The notes beneath the pieces are model-generated. The model made no database searches. It was given only the letters and a program-made list of their open reading frames with translations, and was not told the origin of the DNA. From positions 1 to 42,064 of the forward strand of contig JBGPMG010000003.1 of NCBI GenBank assembly GCA_041486815.1: DNA of 42,064 nucleotides, given 5' to 3'. The stretch is from Candidatus Eiseniibacteriota bacterium (lineage in GTDB: Bacteria > Eisenbacteria > RBG-16-71-46 > SZUA-252). Below are positions 24,001 to 34,488 of the stretch, piece by piece (the stretch's first letter is position 1; every line of letters begins with the position of its first letter). The position numbers and the translations under genes are program-made.

Positions 24001-24426
24001 GAGCGCCTTCCCGTCCCGCATATCGAAGCGACCGTCCGGGGTCGTCGTCTGGGAGCCGAGTCGGTCCGTCTGAAAATCGACCCGGATCCCCAGCACGCGC
24101 ACCGTATCGGGGACGCCGGTGAACGCGGTGGAGCGCTGGAGCCTACCCATGACCGGCGCAGCGAGCGGCATCCTCCCGCGCGTGACCCACGGGGCATGTT
24201 GAACCGGGCCGAGGCGGTCGGGCATCGCCCGCCGAAGCTCTACGCGCCGCGCCGTCACGTCCGGGCCCTGCCGCGGGCCCCCGGGCACGCCGCGCGTCAC
24301 GCGCCAGGTCGAGCGCCCGCGGGAAGGATCGGCCGAAGCAAGAGAAGCCAGACCCGGGCAAAGGGCCTGGCTTCCTAGGACAAAGACGATCAGGGTCCGG
24401 AGGACGCGCCCCCGATTCGTCGACAC
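21016..24426 (-). CDS. M6 (immune inhibitor A-like) zinc metalloprotease + FG-GAP/beta-propeller repeats + T9SS type A-like CTD
   Basis: Signal peptide; FHAG; AHEFGHTQGLPDLY (HExxHxxGxxD); Met-turn SNMDSG; EYLLVENRQ; GILVWHVD; repeated PGWPV and GDxDGDGxPE; C-terminal YCYPNP...SGVYLVRV...KFAVVK. Confidence 0.88.
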   Translation of the reverse strand: MSTNRGRVLRTLIVFVLGSQALCPGLASLASADPSRGRSTWRVTRGVPGGPRQGPDVTARRVELRRAMPDRLGPVQHAPWVTRGRMPLAAPVMGRLQRSTAFTGVPDTVRVLGIRVDFQTDRLGSQTTTPDGRFDMRDGKALGIAIDPPPHDRNYFLSHLEAMARYWRLQSYGNLVVLYDIYPKADSAAYRLGDTGDYGPWTLGAASYNQAQRFFRDAITLADTTDSIPFGNFDVVCLFHAGSDFQADIAGDSPRDFPTFQIGLTDSVAVNGGTVGIHGGMVMPETENQDGYYGALNGTMAHEFGHTQGLPDLYDINTFFPAVGVWSNMDSGYLLATQIQDQQSGALIEASGVLPTSLDPWCKSVLWPNGITIVDPGRSLTTSLRSSQLQSRLLRVPLGADEYLLVENRQADLNGDNTVYLDRDSTKQVILGPGLSSADLSDSLGDKEYDFLLPGQGILVWHVDETVICTAVSESTYVCGPNANPDFGINSNPERRGLRVLEADGIADIGNPNSRYFFGSQFDPYFVGNHTRLTDDTNPSARTNDGARSHVDLKVTSVPGLQMTLSIDSDWRLPGWPVSAEHELTGNAPTTGSFLHDGRRSVVASADSLIFGWMAGGSSFFTSRTDGLWAALPSRIRGSVLFADSLFQANQLIRSHGAGVVATGVDGNVYAFRPGAQSDPSATQLFGWPPTLDTNAPSVTATTAPALASTAAVIVGGSDGRIFAITPSDDETEAPLVSAICDTLVVGGVPVVSDVSSNLAVGRFTGAGGYQVAYALRNGTIRIVDQASKDPGRFQAHWISGGAGYQPYLLGLDMDRASDRNLELVAVDPPSGTIHCYNLAGAELPGWPVHVFTGLAGPVAAGDQDGDGYPEIVAVDTLGNAHRWNRNGVEVQGWPVSLTQRYGAGAVGGSGSPIVGDVDGDGLPEALFPLDNGVLVALKADGRAAAGWPISVPGGADDTPLLLTLNGSDLPPNPAGPAWLHLIAGGGFNGSLGGYQLAAHADSALLTDPGVSSRTPWTGLGGNRLRSSVLEDLNLGPIAASAPALKPGSVYCYPNPALGDEIGVAYTLGDGVTEVIIRILDPLGHEVSRITPAPTPAENVAKIGLRNMASGVYLVRVEARRGGSADVVFQKFAVVK

Positions 24427-24439
24427 TGGATTCGGTCGG

Positions 24440-25411
24440 CTAGAAGCGGTACCCGGCCGAGAACCGATTCACTCTCGCCAGGAACTCCGACTGCGGAATG
24501 TTCGCGAAATCAAAGTGGAATCCGCGATACCCCACTCCAAATCCGTACGTGACGCTCGTGATCGTGCCGATCGGGTCGCTGATGTAGCCGACCCGGAGCG
24601 CCAGGAGGCGGTTGAATTCGTACTCTAGCCCGGCATCCCAAACGTCGACGGCGAGCGTGCGCCCCGGCAGGAGGTACCGGGTCCCGTCCACGGCGACGAG
24701 AAGCCGGTGGATGTCCGTCTCGATGGGGCGGTAGGCAGCGCCGACCCGGACGTTTCGCCCGAGCGGATCCGACTGGTCCTGGTCGATGTAGGCGATATTA
24801 GGACCGATGTTGGAGAGGGTCGCACCGAGTGAAGTCTTCCATTTCGGAAGCTTGTAGAGCCACCCGAAGTCGGCGGCGAACGTGGTTCCGCGGCCCGCGC
24901 GGCCGTCGAGCGAGACGAAGGCCGGAGCCAGATCGACACGGACGAGCTTGAGCGCGACGCCGAAGCCCATGTTCGGCACGAGGTCGGTGCCGTACGCGAT
25001 GGCGGGCGCCACCTCGTAGCTCTTGAACGTTCCGATGTCGTTCCCGTCGATGTCGGTGGCCGTGCTCTTGCCGTAACTCAGGTAGCCGAAGCTCGCGCCG
25101 ATCCCGCCGAGACCCTCAACGCGCTGGATGTAGGAGAGATACGAAAAGTTCACATCGTCGGCGAGATCAGGAACGAGGGCCGTGTACGTGGCCGCGACTT
25201 GATGTCCCCGGACGAAGGCGAGCGCTCCGACGTTCCACCACATGGCGTTCGCATCGTCCGCCACAGCCACCCATGCCCGCCCCATGCCGTCGGCCCGGGC
25301 GCCCGGCGCGATCAACATAGACTGGCCACCGGCTTCGGACTGCGCGAAGGCGGTTTCCGAAGCCCCCAGGAGAAGTGCGAGGGCGAAAAAGACGGTAGCG
25401 ATGCGACTCAT
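24440..25411 (-). CDS. porV: PorV/PorQ-family (FadL-like) outer membrane protein of T9SS
   Basis: ATG 25411 with AAGGAGG; LIAPGARADGMG, ADDANAMWWN, LVPDLADD, NIGPNIAY, LALRVGY, terminal FSAGYRF; immediately downstream of porU. Confidence 0.88.
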   Translation of the reverse strand: MSRIATVFFALALLLGASETAFAQSEAGGQSMLIAPGARADGMGRAWVAVADDANAMWWNVGALAFVRGHQVAATYTALVPDLADDVNFSYLSYIQRVEGLGGIGASFGYLSYGKSTATDIDGNDIGTFKSYEVAPAIAYGTDLVPNMGFGVALKLVRVDLAPAFVSLDGRAGRGTTFAADFGWLYKLPKWKTSLGATLSNIGPNIAYIDQDQSDPLGRNVRVGAAYRPIETDIHRLLVAVDGTRYLLPGRTLAVDVWDAGLEYEFNRLLALRVGYISDPIGTITSVTYGFGVGYRGFHFDFANIPQSEFLARVNRFSAGYRF

Positions 25412-25469
25412 GCTGGAACCTCCTTCGGATGAAAAAAGCGGGACGCCTGAGCGCCCCGAACGGACAATA

Positions 25470-25498
25470 ATACTATCGAAGAATCGTGCCAGGGTCAA
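25470..25498 (-). promoter_or_regulatory. sigma70-type internal promoter for porV and the M6 protease
   Basis: Minus strand TTGACC-N17-TAGTAT in the porU-porV gap. Confidence 0.65.
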
Positions 25499-25515
25499 GT
25501 GGTGGAGTCCTGCGT

Positions 25516-28500
25516 CTACTTCGTGAGAAGGGCCCGTCCAATCGATGATGCTTTGGCTCCAGACGGCGACTCGGCGGTGACTTTGAACAAGTACACCCCA
25601 ATGGCCACTTTTTCTCCCACCGAATCGCGCCCATTCCAAGGGATGTAGTTCTCCCCAGCCTTCCCGTCGAGCTGGGTGTCCCAGACCCGCCTCCCCGCGA
25701 CCGTCAGGATCTGGATCTTGAGACGGGCCGGCTGGTTGATGCGGGCGTGGAGGAAGGTGTCCTCCGGGAACGGGTTGGGGTAGTTGAATACTTGGTCCAG
25801 CACGAGGGCACCCCCCGCGGCCGGGGCGTTGGCCACGTTGAGGATAAAGCTCTGCACCCCGATGTTCCGGAAGTTGTCGGAGGCGTGAACCTCGACCATG
25901 TGCGGGCCGTCGGACAACGCCGGCACGACCAGGTCGACGCTCCCCCGCGTGTAGCTCCCAGGGTCGTACGAAAACTGCGGTGTCAGCTCGATCGGGCTTC
26001 CCCGGTCGTCGATGATCACGAAGATCGTGTGGGCGTTGTCGAGCCGGGTCAGGTCGATTCCGCTCGAGTCCTCGACCACGAAGGTCACCCGCTCCCCCGG
26101 GCGGAGGGTCGAGTCGCTGAGGGACGGATAGAGGAGCCGGATCGTCGGGGGTGTCGCGTCGGCCCGGGTCGAGGCGCCGGCTGAGATCCGCACCGAATCG
26201 ACCGCCCAGCCGACGCCCATGCCGCCGGCCGCCGAGAGGAGCGCCCGAAGGCGGGCGTTCGGACCGATGATCCTCCCGTCGATCGGCACCACGAACCGGG
26301 CCTCGAACGATCCCCGGTCGAGAGCGACCTGCCCCCGATAGAGGGTGGGGCCGGGGATGCGGTATGTGGCGCGCTCTCCGTTGTAGGGCGCAACCTGCGT
26401 GCGCACGAACGGGGGCCCCTGAATCCAAAGCTCGGCGAGACCCGTGGAGAGCGTGTCGGCGCTCGAGTCGGGCATCAGCGCGTGCCCGCGGATCACGACC
26501 GGATCGCCGCGCAGCAGGGAGTCGAGCGGTCCCTTCTCCCAGACGCCGCGCCCTTTGAGGATCGGTGGGTCCAGGGCCGGGTCCCCCAGAAACCCATACT
26601 TGCGTGCCGTGAAGTTCGTCGCGGCGGCGACGTCGTTCTTGGCGCGCGCGAAGGCGAGGCCCGCGGTGCGGAGGCTGTCGATCCGCGGGCGGAGCGGAAA
26701 GAGCTCATCCACGAAGCTGTCGTTCAGCCTCGTGCTCTCGGTGCCGAACACGAGCGCGCTCGCAGCGAGCGAGGTCACCGCGCCGCCGTTGGGCAGGGAA
26801 AGCAGCAGCTCTCCAAGCCCCTCTCCGCTCGGCTCGTCGAATTTCCCGACCGAACAGCTGAAGAAGCCGAAGATCGCCGGGCGCGCCGCGTTCGTGAGCC
26901 GGGACACGTCGCTCGATCGGAACACCTGCTCGTCCGCCAGAACATCCTCAGAGCCGTGTCCGACATAATCGACGAGCCATGCCCCCCGGTTGATCTGGGC
27001 GATGAACTCATCGCGCGCGGCGGGCTTCGACTGGCGGGTGGTGTCGGCGAAGGCGAAGTCGTTCAGGTAGACCTTCGCCCGCTCGATCGGCGGTGGAATG
27101 TGGAATCGGTCCTTCCGCTCCAGCTGCTCCACGTGGTCGTTGCGGAGAATGTCCGGTAGATTGCGTATCACTGCGTCGTCGGCGCAAAGGAGCGCCCGGG
27201 CGCGCCACGCATCGAAGTCGGCCGCTCCCTCGTAGGTCCGAAGCTTCCCCGTCACGAGGGCAATCGCTTCCGATGCGGTCCCGGCCGGGAGCCTGCCGAC
27301 CGCGAGGTCGGCGAGGAGATCGGAAGGTCCGTCGAGGAACGAGTAGAAATCGTCCGAGGTGAATTGGCTGAGGAGGGTCGTGTCGAAGTAGTTCGAATAG
27401 GTCGGGACCAGGTCGGGAGTACCGATCCCCAGGTAGTTCTTGGGATCGTAGGACGCGTCGCCCAGGAGGCAGAGGTAGCTCGGGCCCGGCGGCACCCAAT
27501 GCCGCGACGCGTAGGCCACGAAGTTCCGGATCGCGGTCGGGCTCGGGCGCCCGGAGCCGAATTGAGCGAAGACCCGGTCCGTGGTCGCGATCCGAAGCCG
27601 CGGAGAGGCCATTCCCAATACCCGCTCCGTCCGGTAGACGGCCAGCGACTCCGCCGCGGCCAGAAACGCCGGCGGCGCCACGATCAGGTAGTCGGCGCCG
27701 TTCCCCGGATCCAGCAGGTCGATCACGGCGTGGGGGCTCGAAAGAGGGCTGTAGAGCGAGACGACCGGCGGCCTTGGGGCGCGCGGGAGCGAGACGAGCG
27801 AATATCGGATCCCGCCGCCGGGCGCCGCGCCGTCCTCCGCCGTGAGCGTGAAGTTGGGCGCCGATCCGGCCCAGGCGCCGCCTACAAGCCGGACCGGAGT
27901 CTCGGGGTCGGTGCGGTCGAGAAGCCAGACCGCTCCCGAGTCCCCCACCGCCGAGATCGCGTACTGGACCCGGCCGCTCGTGGAGTCGGCCGCGGTGAAC
28001 TGGATCGTGTCGTTCACCGCCGCGAGCACCCGGGGATAGGAGAACTCGAACCAGGCCAGATACAAGCGATCGAATCGCGCGGCGTCCCTCGGATCGATCA
28101 CGACCGGCACCTCGATGTCGAGCGTGTCCCTGGCCCCCACGGCGAGCCCGGTCGCCTGTAGATCTTGGAACGTGGGATCATCCCACCCCGCGGTGTCCGC
28201 GAGGACGCGGTGCCAGTAGATGCGCGCGACGTGATCGGGGATCGCGCCGATCGATGTGCCCAAACCCCAGAGCCGAACGCGTACGTCGGCCGCTCCACCC
28301 GGGAGCGCGCCCGGGAGCTGGAAGACGAACGGCACCCGGGATCCTTGGAGGAAGAGCCGGTCGAACCAGCGCTCCCACCGGGCGGGCGGCTCGTAGAGGT
28401 TGAAGTTCGGAAGCCGGTTCTGCTCGTAGTGGACGCGATGCGTCACGCTCGTGAATAGCGGAGCGCCCACCGTCGCGGGCGCGGCACTTCGCGCGGCGAT

Positions 28501-29709
28501 GCGCCGCGGGGGCGTGGGGAGAGGTCCGGACCCCCAGGTCAGCCAGAGGGTTTCCTGGTCGCTCTGCTGCGCCTCCAGAAACTCCACTCCTCCGCCGGGC
28601 GCGAGATCGTAGCCAAATCCGGTATTGCCGGTCCCGTAGAAGTAGATTCGGTCGCTCACATCGAAGACGCCGTCGACGGCGCCGGTCACCTCGATCGCGC
28701 ATTCGCGGAGCGAGTCGGGACCAAGATCAACGTCGGCAGCCTCCGGAATCTCTCCCGGCGTGGCGCGGAAGATCCGAAACGTAGCGGGATCGATCGCGGC
28801 CGTGTTCACTCCCGCCGTGGCGAGGTCGGCCGCGCCGACCTGATAGAGGCCGGGGCGGAAAACGCCCAGTCGAACCCAGGGACGCGAGGGGTCGATGCGC
28901 AGGGGCCCTGTGGCCGCCGCCGCGAGGACCGACCGGCGCGCCGTGGGCGAGAGCGAGTGACGCACCGCCGGTGGGCGAGGCATGTAGATCGGGCCGGCCG
29001 CCCCGGCCGGAGCGAAGGAGCTTGAGCCATTGCGTCCCGTTGAAGCGCCGGGAGCGGCGCCTCGCTGCTGTTCGCTCGAGGGTTCTACCGGCCGGTCCCA
29101 CCGCACGTCGAGCGCGATTCCCTCTAGGGCGGTCGCCTCCCCGCTCGAGGGATCCCAGGCCACGGGCCGAAGCGTGACCGCGAGAAAGCGCTCCCCGCCG
29201 GCCGCCATCTCGCGGGTCATCGTCCGGGAGCGCAAGCCCGGCGGCGCCCCCGCCGCGTAGGCCGGGCCCGAGAGCGCCGCGACGATCGCGCCCGATCCGA
29301 ACCACGAGCGAATCGTTCCATCGGAGAGCAGATGCGGGAACGGGACGGGGCGCAGAGCGCCCAGCGATCGCGCGGCGCCTGCCGTCGCGGTGACGGACGC
29401 CTCTACGCCCCACGGGATACGGAGGAACACCGTCCGAACCGGCAGGGCCGGCGAGTCTGGGGATGCCTCGAAGTCGGCTCCGGGGAGATCGATCTCCGCG
29501 AGGTCGAAGCCCAGGATCTGCCCGCGGGTGACCGACGCCTCGCCCAGCGGAACCCGGACTCGATAGCCGGTCGGCGTCACCGCCTCGACCAGCAGTTCGG
29601 GCGCCGATCCGCCGACCGCAGCCGCGGCCGGCGCCGGGGAAAACGGCACCGTCGCGAGGCACGCCGCGAGGACTGCCGCGCGGAGGGCGGATGCCGGGAG
29701 ACGGATCAA
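25516..29709 (-). CDS. porU: T9SS sortase PorU (peptidase C25/gingipain fold) with C-terminal sorting domain
   Basis: [44 protein letters not shown], catalytic YVGHGS and [33 protein letters not shown]...WNGRD..G...GVYLFKV; TTG 29709 overlaps upstream TGA. Confidence 0.9.
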   Translation of the reverse strand: MIRLPASALRAAVLAACLATVPFSPAPAAAAVGGSAPELLVEAVTPTGYRVRVPLGEASVTRGQILGFDLAEIDLPGADFEASPDSPALPVRTVFLRIPWGVEASVTATAGAARSLGALRPVPFPHLLSDGTIRSWFGSGAIVAALSGPAYAAGAPPGLRSRTMTREMAAGGERFLAVTLRPVAWDPSSGEATALEGIALDVRWDRPVEPSSEQQRGAAPGASTGRNGSSSFAPAGAAGPIYMPRPPAVRHSLSPTARRSVLAAAATGPLRIDPSRPWVRLGVFRPGLYQVGAADLATAGVNTAAIDPATFRIFRATPGEIPEAADVDLGPDSLRECAIEVTGAVDGVFDVSDRIYFYGTGNTGFGYDLAPGGGVEFLEAQQSDQETLWLTWGSGPLPTPPRRIAARSAAPATVGAPLFTSVTHRVHYEQNRLPNFNLYEPPARWERWFDRLFLQGSRVPFVFQLPGALPGGAADVRVRLWGLGTSIGAIPDHVARIYWHRVLADTAGWDDPTFQDLQATGLAVGARDTLDIEVPVVIDPRDAARFDRLYLAWFEFSYPRVLAAVNDTIQFTAADSTSGRVQYAISAVGDSGAVWLLDRTDPETPVRLVGGAWAGSAPNFTLTAEDGAAPGGGIRYSLVSLPRAPRPPVVSLYSPLSSPHAVIDLLDPGNGADYLIVAPPAFLAAAESLAVYRTERVLGMASPRLRIATTDRVFAQFGSGRPSPTAIRNFVAYASRHWVPPGPSYLCLLGDASYDPKNYLGIGTPDLVPTYSNYFDTTLLSQFTSDDFYSFLDGPSDLLADLAVGRLPAGTASEAIALVTGKLRTYEGAADFDAWRARALLCADDAVIRNLPDILRNDHVEQLERKDRFHIPPPIERAKVYLNDFAFADTTRQSKPAARDEFIAQINRGAWLVDYVGHGSEDVLADEQVFRSSDVSRLTNAARPAIFGFFSCSVGKFDEPSGEGLGELLLSLPNGGAVTSLAASALVFGTESTRLNDSFVDELFPLRPRIDSLRTAGLAFARAKNDVAAATNFTARKYGFLGDPALDPPILKGRGVWEKGPLDSLLRGDPVVIRGHALMPDSSADTLSTGLAELWIQGPPFVRTQVAPYNGERATYRIPGPTLYRGQVALDRGSFEARFVVPIDGRIIGPNARLRALLSAAGGMGVGWAVDSVRISAGASTRADATPPTIRLLYPSLSDSTLRPGERVTFVVEDSSGIDLTRLDNAHTIFVIIDDRGSPIELTPQFSYDPGSYTRGSVDLVVPALSDGPHMVEVHASDNFRNIGVQSFILNVANAPAAGGALVLDQVFNYPNPFPEDTFLHARINQPARLKIQILTVAGRRVWDTQLDGKAGENYIPWNGRDSVGEKVAIGVYLFKVTAESPSGAKASSIGRALLTK

Positions 29710-29882
29710 CGCGGGTCGATCCGCTCGGCTTCCTCCACCAGCATCACCGGAATATCGTCGACGATCGGGTAGCGGAGTCCGCACCGGGCGCAGATGAGCC
29801 TCTCGGCGGGCCGGTCGTACTGGAGATCCTGCTTGCACTGTGGGCAGACTAGAATCGAAAGAAGCTCTTCGCTGATCGGCAT
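29706..29882 (-). CDS. Trm112/YcaR-family zinc-binding protein (58 aa; absent from the ORF track)
   Basis: Manual translation [58 protein letters not shown]; AGGAGG RBS. Confidence 0.92.
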   Translation of the reverse strand: MPISEELLSILVCPQCKQDLQYDRPAERLICARCGLRYPIVDDIPVMLVEEAERIDPR

Positions 29883-29889
29883 ATGCCTC

Positions 29890-30879
29890 CTAGGCCGGCG
29901 GGCCTGGGGCGGCCGCGGCGGTTTCCTCCAGATACACCCCCATCTTCAGATACTTCTCCAGCCTGCGGTCGAGCAGTTCCTGCGCCGGGAGCCCGATCAA
30001 TCCGCGCACATGGCGCAGCACGGCATCCTTTACCCGGCGCGCGGCCTCTTCGGGGTCGCGGTGCGCACCCCCGAGCGGCTCCGGGATCATCTCGTCGATC
30101 ACCTTGAGCTCGAGCAGATCCGGGGCGGTGAGCTTCAGCGCCTCGGCGGCCTGTTCGGCTTTACTCGAGTCCTTCCAGAGGATCGCGGCACACCCTTCCG
30201 GCGTGATGACCGAGTAGATCGAGTTCTCCATCATCATCACGACGTCCCCGACCGCGATCGCGAGCGCCCCGCCCGAGCCCCCTTCACCGATCACAACCGT
30301 CACGATCGGGACGGCCAGATGGGCCATCTCGAGGATGTTCCGCGCCAGCGCCTCCGACTGGCCGCGCTCCTCGGCCCCAAGGCCAGGGTAGGCGCCGGGC
30401 GTGTCGACGAGCGTTACGATGGGACAGCCGTAGTTCGCGGCGAGGCGCATGAGCCGAAGCGCTTTCCGGTATCCCTCGGGATGGGCCATCCCGAAATTCC
30501 GGTAGATGTTTTCCTTGGTATCCCGGCCTTTCTGGTGGCCGATGATCACGAGCGGCAGATCGTCGACCACCGCGAGCCCGCCGACGATGGCCGGATCGTC
30601 CCCGAATCGCCGGTCCCCGTGCAGCTCCATGAAATTGGGGGCGATGAGCTTGAGGTAGTCGAGCGTGTACGGCCGGCGGGGATGGCGAGCGAGCTTGACG
30701 CGCTGCCAGCGCGTGAGCTTCGCGTAGACCTCGCGGCGCAGCCGCTCGGCCTTCCGCTCGAGGCGCTTCAGCTCCTCGACCGCCTCGGGATTCCCCTCCG
30801 AGGCGACCCCTTTCAAGTCTTCGATCTTGCGCTCTATGTCGAGGATCGGCTTTTCGAAGTCGAGCCAGGTTCCGTTCAC
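29890..30879 (-). CDS. accA: Acetyl-CoA carboxylase carboxyltransferase subunit alpha
   Basis: [60 protein letters not shown]; GTG 30879. Confidence 0.97.
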   Translation of the reverse strand: MNGTWLDFEKPILDIERKIEDLKGVASEGNPEAVEELKRLERKAERLRREVYAKLTRWQRVKLARHPRRPYTLDYLKLIAPNFMELHGDRRFGDDPAIVGGLAVVDDLPLVIIGHQKGRDTKENIYRNFGMAHPEGYRKALRLMRLAANYGCPIVTLVDTPGAYPGLGAEERGQSEALARNILEMAHLAVPIVTVVIGEGGSGGALAIAVGDVVMMMENSIYSVITPEGCAAILWKDSSKAEQAAEALKLTAPDLLELKVIDEMIPEPLGGAHRDPEEAARRVKDAVLRHVRGLIGLPAQELLDRRLEKYLKMGVYLEETAAAAPGPPA

Positions 30880-30892
30880 GCGCGCTCCGGAA

Positions 30893-33800
30893 TTAGAAGG
30901 GGACCGTCTCGGCATGCCCATTCGCCACGCGCACGGCGGATTCGCCCAGCCGCTCGCGAAGCGCCAGTAGGAGCTCGTCGCTTAAGCGGACGAGCAGGCG
31001 TTTGGCGCGGATCTGCGTCGTGCCGGGACCGCCGCCATCCCGCACGGTGAAGTATACGGGGCTTTCCCCGGGGTGGCGAAGCAGGAGGTCCCGGATCTCC
31101 TCGAGCGACACCGCGGCGCGCGCATCGACGAGGTCGATATGAACCGACCGGCCGCCCGACTCCTCGGGCCCGCCGAGCCGTCTCACCGCGCTCAATACCA
31201 TTTTCGGCTCCGCATCCTCCCGGAGATTCACGCGCCCGCGCACTTCGAGGATCGTCCCGGGCTGGAACAGGGCGCGGGTCCGCTCGTAGAGGTCCGCGAA
31301 GACGGTCGTCTCGACCGTCCCCCTCATGTCCTCCAGCGTGACGAACGCCATCGCGCGTTTGTTCCGATCGGTGTGGGATTTCATCGCGGCCACGAGGCAG
31401 ACCATCGTGACGTCCGCGTTGTCTTTGAGCTCGCGGAGTCGGCCCGTGTCGGCCGTCGCCCGCGCCGCGATCACCTCGCGGTACGCGGCGAGGGGATGGT
31501 CGGAGAAGTAAAAGCCCAGCACTTCCCGCTCGCGCCGGAGCCGCTCTTCGAGCGGCCAGGGACTCGTCCAGGGGAGTGCTACGTCCTGCGCTAGGACGGC
31601 CTGGTCCCCTCCGAAGAGGCTTTCTTGATGTTCGCTGACCCCACGGGCACGCTCCTGCGCCTGGGCCAGAAGATCTCCGACCGCTCCCAGAAGCTGCGCC
31701 CGGTCTCCCTCCAGGGCGTCGCAAGCCCCGGCCTGGATGAGCGATTCGAGAACCCGCCGGTTGACGTTCGCCGTCTCGACCCTGCGGATCAAGTCCCCGA
31801 GCGTCCGAAACGGTCCGGATTCGGAGCGCGCGCGCACCAACGCCTCCACCGAGCCCTGGCCGACGTTCTTGATCGCGGAAAGGCCGAAGCGGATCGCGTC
31901 CCCCTCGAGCGTGAAACCGCTCGTGCTCGCGTTCACGTCGGGTGGAAGAACTCGAATGCCGAGCCGGCGGGCCTCGTCCACCAACGTGACGATACGGTCC
32001 GTGTCCCCCACCTCGCTCGTGAGCGAGGCGGCGAGGAAGGCGGCCGGGTGATGCGCCTTGAGGTAGGCGGACTCGTAGGAGAGCATCGCGTAGGCGGCGC
32101 TGTGCGACCGCACGAAGCCGTACCCCGCGAACTTCTCCATCAGGTCAAAAATCTCTTCGGCCTTCTTCGTGGACACCTTGTTGCGCGAGCAACCCTCGAC
32201 GAACGCCGTTTTCTGGCTGGCCATCTCCTCCGGCATCTTCTTGCCCATGGCTCTACGTAGGAGATCGGCCTGCGCCAGGGTGAACCCGGCGAGGCGGTTC
32301 GCGATCTGCATGACCTGGTCCTGGTAGACGATCACGCCGTACGTCTTCTTCAAGATCGTCTCCAGCGAGGGATGCAGGTGCGTCACCCGCTGCTTGCCGT
32401 GCTTGCGCTTGGCGAAGTCGTCGATCATCCCGCTTTGGATCGGTCCCGGCCGGAAGAGCGCGTTGATCGCGATGATGTCCTCGAAGGTATCTGGGAGGAC
32501 TTTGCGCAGGAGGTCCCGCATCCCGCCCGACTCGAGCTGAAAGATTCCGACCGTCTGCGCCTTCTGCAACAGCGCATAGGTTGCGGCGTCGTCCAGCGGG
32601 AGCGAGGCCACGTCCACCGTCGTCCCGGTCGACTCCCTCACGGTCCGGACCGCGTCCTCGAGCACGGTAAGGGTGCGCAGTCCGAGGAAGTCCATCTTGA
32701 GGAGGCCGACCCGTTCGAGCGATTTCATGTCGAACTGGGTCGTGATGTCGCCTTTGGGCGATCGGTACATCGGGACATAGTCGGTCAGCTGACCCGGCGC
32801 GATCAGGACGCCGGCCGCGTGCGTCGAGGCGTGGCGCGCGAGCCCTTCCAGCGCGAGGGAGCAGCGGAGGAGCCGTGCGTACCGCTCGTCCCGCTGGGTC
32901 AAGGCGCGCAGCTCCGGGACGATTTCCAGGGCTTTGGGGAGGGTCATCCCCAAATCGGCCGGAATCATCTTCGCGACCTGGTCGCATTCGGCGTACGTCA
33001 TCCCCAGCGCCCGGCCGACATCCCGCACGACGGCGCGCGCGGCCATCGTCCCGAACGTGATGATCTGGCTCACGCTTTGCCGGCCGTACTTGTCGATCAC
33101 GTAGTCGATCACCTTCTGGCGGCTCTCGTACGCGAAGTCGATGTCGATGTCCGGCATGCTGACGCGCTCCGGGTTCAGGAAGCGCTCGAACAAGAGGTCG
33201 AACCGAAGCGGGTCGATGTCTGTGATCCCGAGACAGTAGGAGACCAGGCTGCCGGCCGCCGAGCCGCGCCCCGGCCCGACGCCGACATCGTTGCGCCGCG
33301 CGTAATCGGTGAAATCGCGGACGATGAGGAAATAGCGCGCGTAGCCTACCGTGCAAATGGTGTCCAGCTCGTAGGCGAGGCGCGCTTCCATCTCGGAATT
33401 GATCTCCGGGTAGCGCCGGGCGAGCCCCTCGCGCGCGAGCCGGCGCAGATACCCCTCCTCGCTCTCGAACTCCGGCGGGATCGGAAACGCAGGCAGCTGC
33501 ACGCGCTCGGTGTCGAGGGTCAGCTCGCAGCGCTCCGCGACGGCGAGTGTGTTCTGGAGCGCCTCGGGCGACTCGTGGAAGAGCGCCGCCATCTCCTCGG
33601 GCGACTTCACGAAGAGCTGGTCCGTCGCGAACCGGAACCGGTCCGCGTCGAGCATTGTCTTCCCGGTCTGGATGCAGAGGAGCACCTCGTGCGCCTCGGA
33701 ATCCTCTCGCGCGAGGTAGTGGCAGTCGTTCGTCGCGACGACCGGGATCTCAAGCTCGCGCCCAAGCGCGAGGATTCCGCTCGCCGCGGTCTTCTCGTCC

Positions 33801-34351
33801 GCGAGACCGTGATCCTGGATTTCCAGGAAGTAATGGTCGGCGCCGAAGAGGTCGCGGTACCACGCGGCGGCGCGGCGCGCGCCATCCATATCGCCCGCGA
33901 CGACGAGCTGCGGCACTTCCCCCCGCAGGCAAGCGCTCAAGCAGAGGAGTCCCCCCGCGTGGCGGGCCAAGAGCTCCTTGTCGATCCGGGGCTTGTAGTG
34001 GAAGCCCTCGAGGTACCCCGCCGAGGAGAGCTTGGCGAGGTTCTTGTATCCCTCCCGGTTTCGCGCCAGGAGGACGAGATGGTCGTAAGCGCCCTTGCCG
34101 TCCGGTGCCCGCGAGCGGTCCAGGCGGGAACCGTGCGCGACGTAGACCTCGCATCCGAGGATCGGCTTGATTCCGGCGGCGATGGCCTTGTCGTAGAACT
34201 CCACCGCTCCGAACAGATTCCCGTGGTCGGTCAGCGCAAGCGCCGGCATCTCGTACCGCGCCGCGCGCTCGACCAGGCGGTCGACACGGCAGGCGCCGTC
34301 GAGCAGCGAGTACTCGCTGTGGTTGTGGAGGTGGACGAAGGGGGCGCTCAT
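30893..34351 (-). CDS. dnaE: DNA polymerase III subunit alpha
   Basis: FVHLHNHSEYSLLDG PHP, GPGRGSAAGS, FERFLNPER.SMPDIDIDF, STHAAG, KMDFLGL, FAGYGF..SH, OB fold; ATG 34351. Confidence 0.98.
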   Translation of the reverse strand: MSAPFVHLHNHSEYSLLDGACRVDRLVERAARYEMPALALTDHGNLFGAVEFYDKAIAAGIKPILGCEVYVAHGSRLDRSRAPDGKGAYDHLVLLARNREGYKNLAKLSSAGYLEGFHYKPRIDKELLARHAGGLLCLSACLRGEVPQLVVAGDMDGARRAAAWYRDLFGADHYFLEIQDHGLADEKTAASGILALGRELEIPVVATNDCHYLAREDSEAHEVLLCIQTGKTMLDADRFRFATDQLFVKSPEEMAALFHESPEALQNTLAVAERCELTLDTERVQLPAFPIPPEFESEEGYLRRLAREGLARRYPEINSEMEARLAYELDTICTVGYARYFLIVRDFTDYARRNDVGVGPGRGSAAGSLVSYCLGITDIDPLRFDLLFERFLNPERVSMPDIDIDFAYESRQKVIDYVIDKYGRQSVSQIITFGTMAARAVVRDVGRALGMTYAECDQVAKMIPADLGMTLPKALEIVPELRALTQRDERYARLLRCSLALEGLARHASTHAAGVLIAPGQLTDYVPMYRSPKGDITTQFDMKSLERVGLLKMDFLGLRTLTVLEDAVRTVRESTGTTVDVASLPLDDAATYALLQKAQTVGIFQLESGGMRDLLRKVLPDTFEDIIAINALFRPGPIQSGMIDDFAKRKHGKQRVTHLHPSLETILKKTYGVIVYQDQVMQIANRLAGFTLAQADLLRRAMGKKMPEEMASQKTAFVEGCSRNKVSTKKAEEIFDLMEKFAGYGFVRSHSAAYAMLSYESAYLKAHHPAAFLAASLTSEVGDTDRIVTLVDEARRLGIRVLPPDVNASTSGFTLEGDAIRFGLSAIKNVGQGSVEALVRARSESGPFRTLGDLIRRVETANVNRRVLESLIQAGACDALEGDRAQLLGAVGDLLAQAQERARGVSEHQESLFGGDQAVLAQDVALPWTSPWPLEERLRREREVLGFYFSDHPLAAYREVIAARATADTGRLRELKDNADVTMVCLVAAMKSHTDRNKRAMAFVTLEDMRGTVETTVFADLYERTRALFQPGTILEVRGRVNLREDAEPKMVLSAVRRLGGPEESGGRSVHIDLVDARAAVSLEEIRDLLLRHPGESPVYFTVRDGGGPGTTQIRAKRLLVRLSDELLLALRERLGESAVRVANGHAETVPF

Positions 34352-34488
34352 CGTGCGTCGAGCGTGTCGGGGGCGCACATTCGGATGCTCAGGCGATCCA
34401 CCAACCGAGTCTACACGACGACGCTCGCGCGGCTTCAACCGTTTTTCCGATTCGCTCGCGCGTCGAACTGTGGTATCTCTCGCGCCGG

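Noticed and set aside
24440-26428. 662-aa ORF suggesting an N-terminally extended or fused PorV
   Set aside because: The extension is an off-frame overlap with porU; a promoter, SD and signal peptide place the start at 25411
30893-34351. Intein or error-prone DnaE2
   Set aside because: Normal length (1152 aa), continuous motifs, intact PHP residues, dnaE-accA context and no imuA/imuB
34408-34438. Candidate dnaE promoter TTGAAG-N19-TAGACT
   Set aside because: 19-nt spacer is outside the usual range; too weak to annotate
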